This document shows, one piece after another, positions 33,407 through 37,027 of a stretch of DNA of 37,027 bases. Position numbers and translations under genes: made by a program. This stretch comes from an uncultured Candidatus Saccharibacteria bacterium (lineage in GTDB: Bacteria > Patescibacteriota > Minisyncoccia > Phycocordibacterales > Phycocordibacteraceae): contig CAYHMS010000003.1 of the NCBI GenBank assembly GCA_964357805.1, positions 1 to 37,027 on the forward strand, given 5' to 3'. The notes under the pieces were generated by a model. The model did no database searches. It had not been told where the DNA came from and saw only the letters and a list, made by a program, of their open reading frames with translations. Position 1 is the first letter of the stretch. Every line of letters begins with the position of its first letter.

Positions 33407-34523
33407 GTTGTTGAAGTGTTGTGCCCAATATTTCTACTATGTTTTTTATGTCCTGTCTAGTAAGCCCGATGTAAAACGGCAGTGCGAGCACGGAAGCGCT
33501 TATGCTCTCTGCAATGGGAAAGTCTCCCGCGTCATACCCGAAGCGGTCTTTATAAAAAGAGAAGAGGTGTATGGAGGGCAAATACGGTTTACTGCTCACT
33601 CCTCTTTTTGCCAGCTCTTGTATGACGGTGTCTCGGTTGGTGCGCGAATTTTTTATTTGCACTACATACACAAACCACGTGTGCGTCGCCCCAGGAGCGG
33701 TCCGGGGAATTTCGACCAACGAGCGTATTCGTTTCAACTCTTTTCCATACCAGCGCGCAATTTCTTGGCGCTTCTTTATTAGAAAATCAATTTTCTCTAT
33801 TTGAGCTAAACCGAGTGCCGCGCTCATCTCGTCCATGCGATAGTTAAAGCCCAAGTACTTATGGTCAAGCCACTGCATGTCAGGAGTGCGCCCTTGGTTG
33901 CGCAAACTTCTGCACAGTTCATCTACAGCCCTGTCGTTGGTGACAATCATGCCGCCCTCTCCAGTCGTCATCTGTTTATTCGCATAAAAAGCAAAAACTC
34001 CCGATTGTCCGAATGTACCCGCCATCTTCCCCTTATGCTTCGCGCCGAGAGATTCGCAGGCATCTTCAATGACCATGAGTTTATGCTTTTTAGCGATTTT
34101 CATTATGGCCCCCATTTCCGCAGGCTGTCCGAAGATATGGACGGGCAAAATTGCCTTTGTCTTTTTTGTTACGGCTTTTTCAACTTTCTTCGGGTCTATA
34201 TTGCCGGTGCGCTGGTCGACATCGACAAACACTGGCTTCGCACCGACATACAAAATCACGTTTGCTGAAGCGATAAAAGAAAACGGCGAAGTGATGACTT
34301 CGTCGCCTTTCTTGATGCCAACGGCAATGAGCGCGAGATGCAATCCTGCCGTACCGCTGGAAACAGCACAGGCGTACTTCGCGCCAACGAATTTTGCAAA
34401 CTTCTTTTCAAATGCTTCTATTTTAGGTCCGATGCTGAGAGTGCCGGAGCGCAGAACTTCAAGGACGTATTTCTCCTCCTTTTTGCCGATATGAGGGTGC
34501 GCCATCGGATATGACTTTTTCAT
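33387..34523 (-). CDS. DegT/DnrJ/EryC1-family sugar aminotransferase (PglE/LegC-like)
   Basis: VLEVLRSGTLSIGPKIEAFEKKFA...SSGTAGLHLAL...FAFYANKQMTTGEGG. Confidence 0.8.
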   Translation of the reverse strand: MKKSYPMAHPHIGKKEEKYVLEVLRSGTLSIGPKIEAFEKKFAKFVGAKYACAVSSGTAGLHLALIAVGIKKGDEVITSPFSFIASANVILYVGAKPVFVDVDQRTGNIDPKKVEKAVTKKTKAILPVHIFGQPAEMGAIMKIAKKHKLMVIEDACESLGAKHKGKMAGTFGQSGVFAFYANKQMTTGEGGMIVTNDRAVDELCRSLRNQGRTPDMQWLDHKYLGFNYRMDEMSAALGLAQIEKIDFLIKKRQEIARWYGKELKRIRSLVEIPRTAPGATHTWFVYVVQIKNSRTNRDTVIQELAKRGVSSKPYLPSIHLFSFYKDRFGYDAGDFPIAESISASVLALPFYIGLTRQDIKNIVEILGTTLQQHERVQK

Positions 34524-34567
34524 AGAGTATCGAGTTTATCACTATAACCAGATAACGATAAGTTACG

Positions 34568-34960
34568 TTACTTAGACACGATCTTCGCCGGAATGCCGTA
34601 GGCGAGGGCGCCGGCGGGAATATCTTTCTTGACGAAGCTGTATGCGCCGATGACGGCGCCCTCTCCGATGGTTACTCCCGGCATGATAGTAGCGTGGGCA
34701 CCAATTTTTGCGCCCCTGCCAATGGTTACCTTGCCTGATGTGTTGTCCTCGGTGTTAAGGCTATAAATGGAACAGTGTGAACCAATTTGGACTTCGTCGC
34801 CAATCTCCACACCATGATGCGCGAAGATGGCAGTGAATGCGCCGATGTCGGTCTTCCTCCCCAATTTCAAGTTTTCAGGACGGAAGACGACCCACAGCCA
34901 TTTCGTCATTTCGCCGTGTTTCATCACCGGTGGCGTCCACGTATCAAAGCGATCTGACAT
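34568..34960 (-). CDS. Left-handed beta-helix (hexapeptide-repeat) acyl/acetyltransferase (PglD/LegH-like role)
   Basis: Hexapeptide repeats: IGDEVQIGSHCSI, IGRGAKIGAHATI, PGVTIGEGAVIGAYSFV. Confidence 0.75.
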   Translation of the reverse strand: MSDRFDTWTPPVMKHGEMTKWLWVVFRPENLKLGRKTDIGAFTAIFAHHGVEIGDEVQIGSHCSIYSLNTEDNTSGKVTIGRGAKIGAHATIMPGVTIGEGAVIGAYSFVKKDIPAGALAYGIPAKIVSK

Positions 34961-34970
34961 ATTTTTATTG

Positions 34971-36110
34971 TTAGTAATTAATTTGCTTAGCTAAAAGTCG
35001 CACATCAATAACTAAATCTTCAAGAATTTTAGCGACACGGGGGCCGGTTGTGCCGTCGCCCCAGGGACTTTTCACCTTCTGAAGTTTATCTCGGTACGCC
35101 TCGTCATGCAAAGATTTTTCAATCGCCGCGATTATTTCATTTCTTGCATAGCCGACATCCAACACATTTCCCCCTCTTTGTCGGCCGGTCTGGCGCGTGC
35201 CGATATTCACCACCGGCGTTTTAAATGACGGAGATTCTATGAGCGCTCCGCTTGAATTGCCGACCCAGACTGCGGCTTCCCGCTCCAAGGCGAGAAACTG
35301 CGTGTGCGAGAGACTTGGGACGATGCGGAACAGAGGATTCTTTTTCTCCCTATCAATGATAGCAATCATCTTCCGTCCGCCGGCGTCCGCATGCGGATAT
35401 GTGATGACCACAGGCAGATTAAACGTCTTGACTGCTTCAATAGTTTCTTTCATTTGCCTTTCAGCATCGTTTATTTCTTCACTTACCGGATGCTGGCTGA
35501 CTAAGATGATTTGCTCTTTCGGGTCGAGCTTGAGTTCGCGGAAGAGTTCTTCACGCGTCGGCAACTTCTCATTCAGAATGGTATCCAAGGCCGGCGCTCC
35601 GACCACATGAATGCGCCACTCGTCCTCGCCCATCTTTTTAATCCTCTCAGCTGATTCTTCAGTTGCTGGGAAATGAATATGGGAAAGTTTGGTGATGGCG
35701 TGCCGAGCCAACTCATCAACAGTTGAAGTTCTCTCCCCGCCATGCACGTGTCCGATCGGGATGCCGAGATAGAGGCATGCCACGGCTGTGCAGAGCATTT
35801 CCGGCCTATCGCCCAGAGTCAGAACGAAATCAGGCCGGTCGTGAGAAAAAATGCCAACTAATTTGTTTAAAAAATCTCCGGTAAACTTCGCCATGCCCTG
35901 TCGGTTATCATTCTCAAACGTCGCTGATATTTCTTTCGTCTCGGGAAATTCTTTTCTAACCTGTTCTATCGTTTTACCAAATTCCGGCATCAGGTGAATG
36001 CCGGTCGCGTACATCTGTAACTCCAGTTTCGGGCTGTCAATAATTGCCTTGAGAATAGGGACCATCAGACCGAAATCCGCTCTTGTCCCAGTTATATACG
36101 CAATCTTCAT
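34971..36110 (-). CDS. neuC: UDP-N-acetylglucosamine (or UDP-diNAcBac) 2-epimerase, hydrolysing (NeuC/LegG-like)
   Basis: MKIAYITGTRADFGLMVPILKAI...LTLGDRPEML...IGHVHGGERTSTVDE...NSSGALIESPSF. Confidence 0.85.
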   Translation of the reverse strand: MKIAYITGTRADFGLMVPILKAIIDSPKLELQMYATGIHLMPEFGKTIEQVRKEFPETKEISATFENDNRQGMAKFTGDFLNKLVGIFSHDRPDFVLTLGDRPEMLCTAVACLYLGIPIGHVHGGERTSTVDELARHAITKLSHIHFPATEESAERIKKMGEDEWRIHVVGAPALDTILNEKLPTREELFRELKLDPKEQIILVSQHPVSEEINDAERQMKETIEAVKTFNLPVVITYPHADAGGRKMIAIIDREKKNPLFRIVPSLSHTQFLALEREAAVWVGNSSGALIESPSFKTPVVNIGTRQTGRQRGGNVLDVGYARNEIIAAIEKSLHDEAYRDKLQKVKSPWGDGTTGPRVAKILEDLVIDVRLLAKQINY

Positions 36111-36121
36111 TTTTTATATCG

Positions 36122-37027
36122 TTATGCGAGCATTTCCCATTGTAATGGCGTGCCGCGGGAAATAGTTTGTTTTGCCGTTTTGCCGACAATCTCATCAAAA
36201 TGCTTTGGCGGAATGCCCGTGCCCGGACGTACGATATAAATGTCTTCGGCCGCAATCCGCGTATTCGCCGGGATATCGCGGCGCGCGACGACACTCTTGC
36301 GGGAGACCTTCGCCGTATCCAATTCCCCTTTGCTCGGTTTCTTCTCCGGCGAGCCGAGTGCCTGTTCTATCACGCGAATGCACCGTATCATTTCTTTGAG
36401 TTCACTGGGTTCCAGCGATGCTTTATGGTCAGGACCCGGCAGACTGCGGTCAAGAGTAAAATGTTTTTCTATGAGCTGTGCGCCGAGCGCCGCCGCCGCA
36501 ATGGCGACGCATATGCCCTCACTGTGGTCAGAGAGCCCCGTCGGGAGCCCGAACTCACCCGCGAGCGTCTGCATCGCGCGCAAATTTATATCGGCAGGAG
36601 GAGTCGGGTATTCCGAGGTGCAATGGAAGATGGCGATGTCTGTGGCTCCATTTTTTTTGAGCACATCGAGCGCCTCGCGGACCTCTTCAAGCGTACCCAT
36701 CCCTGTTGATAAAATGACGGGTTTCCCTTTTTTTGCAATATGCGCGAGGAAGGGTAGGTTGTTCAGTTCGCCCGAAGGAATTTTGTATGCCGCGATATCC
36801 AGCGTCTCCAAGAAATCAGCATCAGGCATACTAAAGGGCGTTGAAAGAAAAACTAATCTCTTCTCTTCGGCGTACTTCTTCAACGCGCTATGCTCTTTGT
36901 GCGGAAGCACGAGGTCGCGGAGCATGTTTATCTGACTTTCTTCTTTTCCGGTATTCGTTACCTGATATTCCGCCTGCAGAGCGTCATCGCTCACGAGTTC
37001 TTCAGGCGTAAACGTTTGAAATTTAAC
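36122..37027 (-). CDS. neuB: NeuB-family nonulosonic acid synthase, paralog 2 (LegI/NeuB-like); 5' end beyond the right edge
   Basis: The frame is open to the window end (..LNFQTFTPEELVSDDALQAEYQ...). Motifs: FLSTPFS, YKIPSGELNN, ILSTGMG, GLSDHS, LIEKHFTLD and a C-terminal SAF domain. The track's M at 36994 is an internal GTG. Confidence 0.85.
   Translation of the reverse strand, partial: VKFQTFTPEELVSDDALQAEYQVTNTGKEESQINMLRDLVLPHKEHSALKKYAEEKRLVFLSTPFSMPDADFLETLDIAAYKIPSGELNNLPFLAHIAKKGKPVILSTGMGTLEEVREALDVLKKNGATDIAIFHCTSEYPTPPADINLRAMQTLAGEFGLPTGLSDHSEGICVAIAAAALGAQLIEKHFTLDRSLPGPDHKASLEPSELKEMIRCIRVIEQALGSPEKKPSKGELDTAKVSRKSVVARRDIPANTRIAAEDIYIVRPGTGIPPKHFDEIVGKTAKQTISRGTPLQWEMLA

Noticed and set aside
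36167-36935. Plus-strand ORFs of 180 and 231 aa at the right end.
   Set aside because: They are antisense to the NeuB-family synthase, whose motifs are intact. Compositionally they are shadow ORFs.

Overview
Gene-dense 37-kb window: 31 of the 32 protein-coding calls listed below lie on the minus strand. I saw no rRNA, tRNA or CRISPR array.

Layout, left to right:
(1) 1-4772 is the 5' 4.8 kb of a giant minus-strand gene. The ORF track misses it because its stop lies beyond the left edge. It encodes an N-terminal excisionase/MerR-like HTH, one TM helix, then a very long tail-fibre/adhesin-like repeat region.
(2) A 626-bp AT-rich non-coding gap.
(3) A small protein with a paralogous HTH and a TM anchor.
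(4) Housekeeping genes: gatB (with an in-frame palindromic insert), obg, an IS200/RayT-like Y1-transposase element flanked by hairpins, secA, an 18-aa polybasic micro-ORF with a terminator, and murB.
(5) From about 13.2 kb to the right edge, a ~24-kb envelope-glycan island. In order: O-antigen-ligase/TPR fusion, MsbA-like ABC exporter, IMPase-family phosphatase, MtlD-like dehydrogenase, ATP-grasp ligase, methyltransferase, NeuB paralog 1, DUF218 protein, the only plus-strand gene (a PaaX-like wHTH + Cas2-like-domain regulator bracketed by twin 38-bp nested palindromes), aldo/keto reductase, SpsF-like cytidylyltransferase, class-III aminotransferase, methyltransferase, PseC, PseB, FemAB-like GNAT-fold protein, a 620-aa GT-B-like protein, PglF/CapD-like dehydratase, DegT aminotransferase, LbH acetyltransferase, NeuC, and NeuB paralog 2 (5' end beyond the right edge).

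The island appears to hold front ends for both a pseudaminic-type and a legionaminic-type nonulosonic acid pathway, plus unusual tailoring enzymes. The compact same-strand organisation and the GNVGIGTTSP fibre protein suggest a small-genome (CPR/Patescibacteria-like) bacterium; this is low-confidence inference only.

All calls come from reading the sequence and translations by eye. No database search was run.
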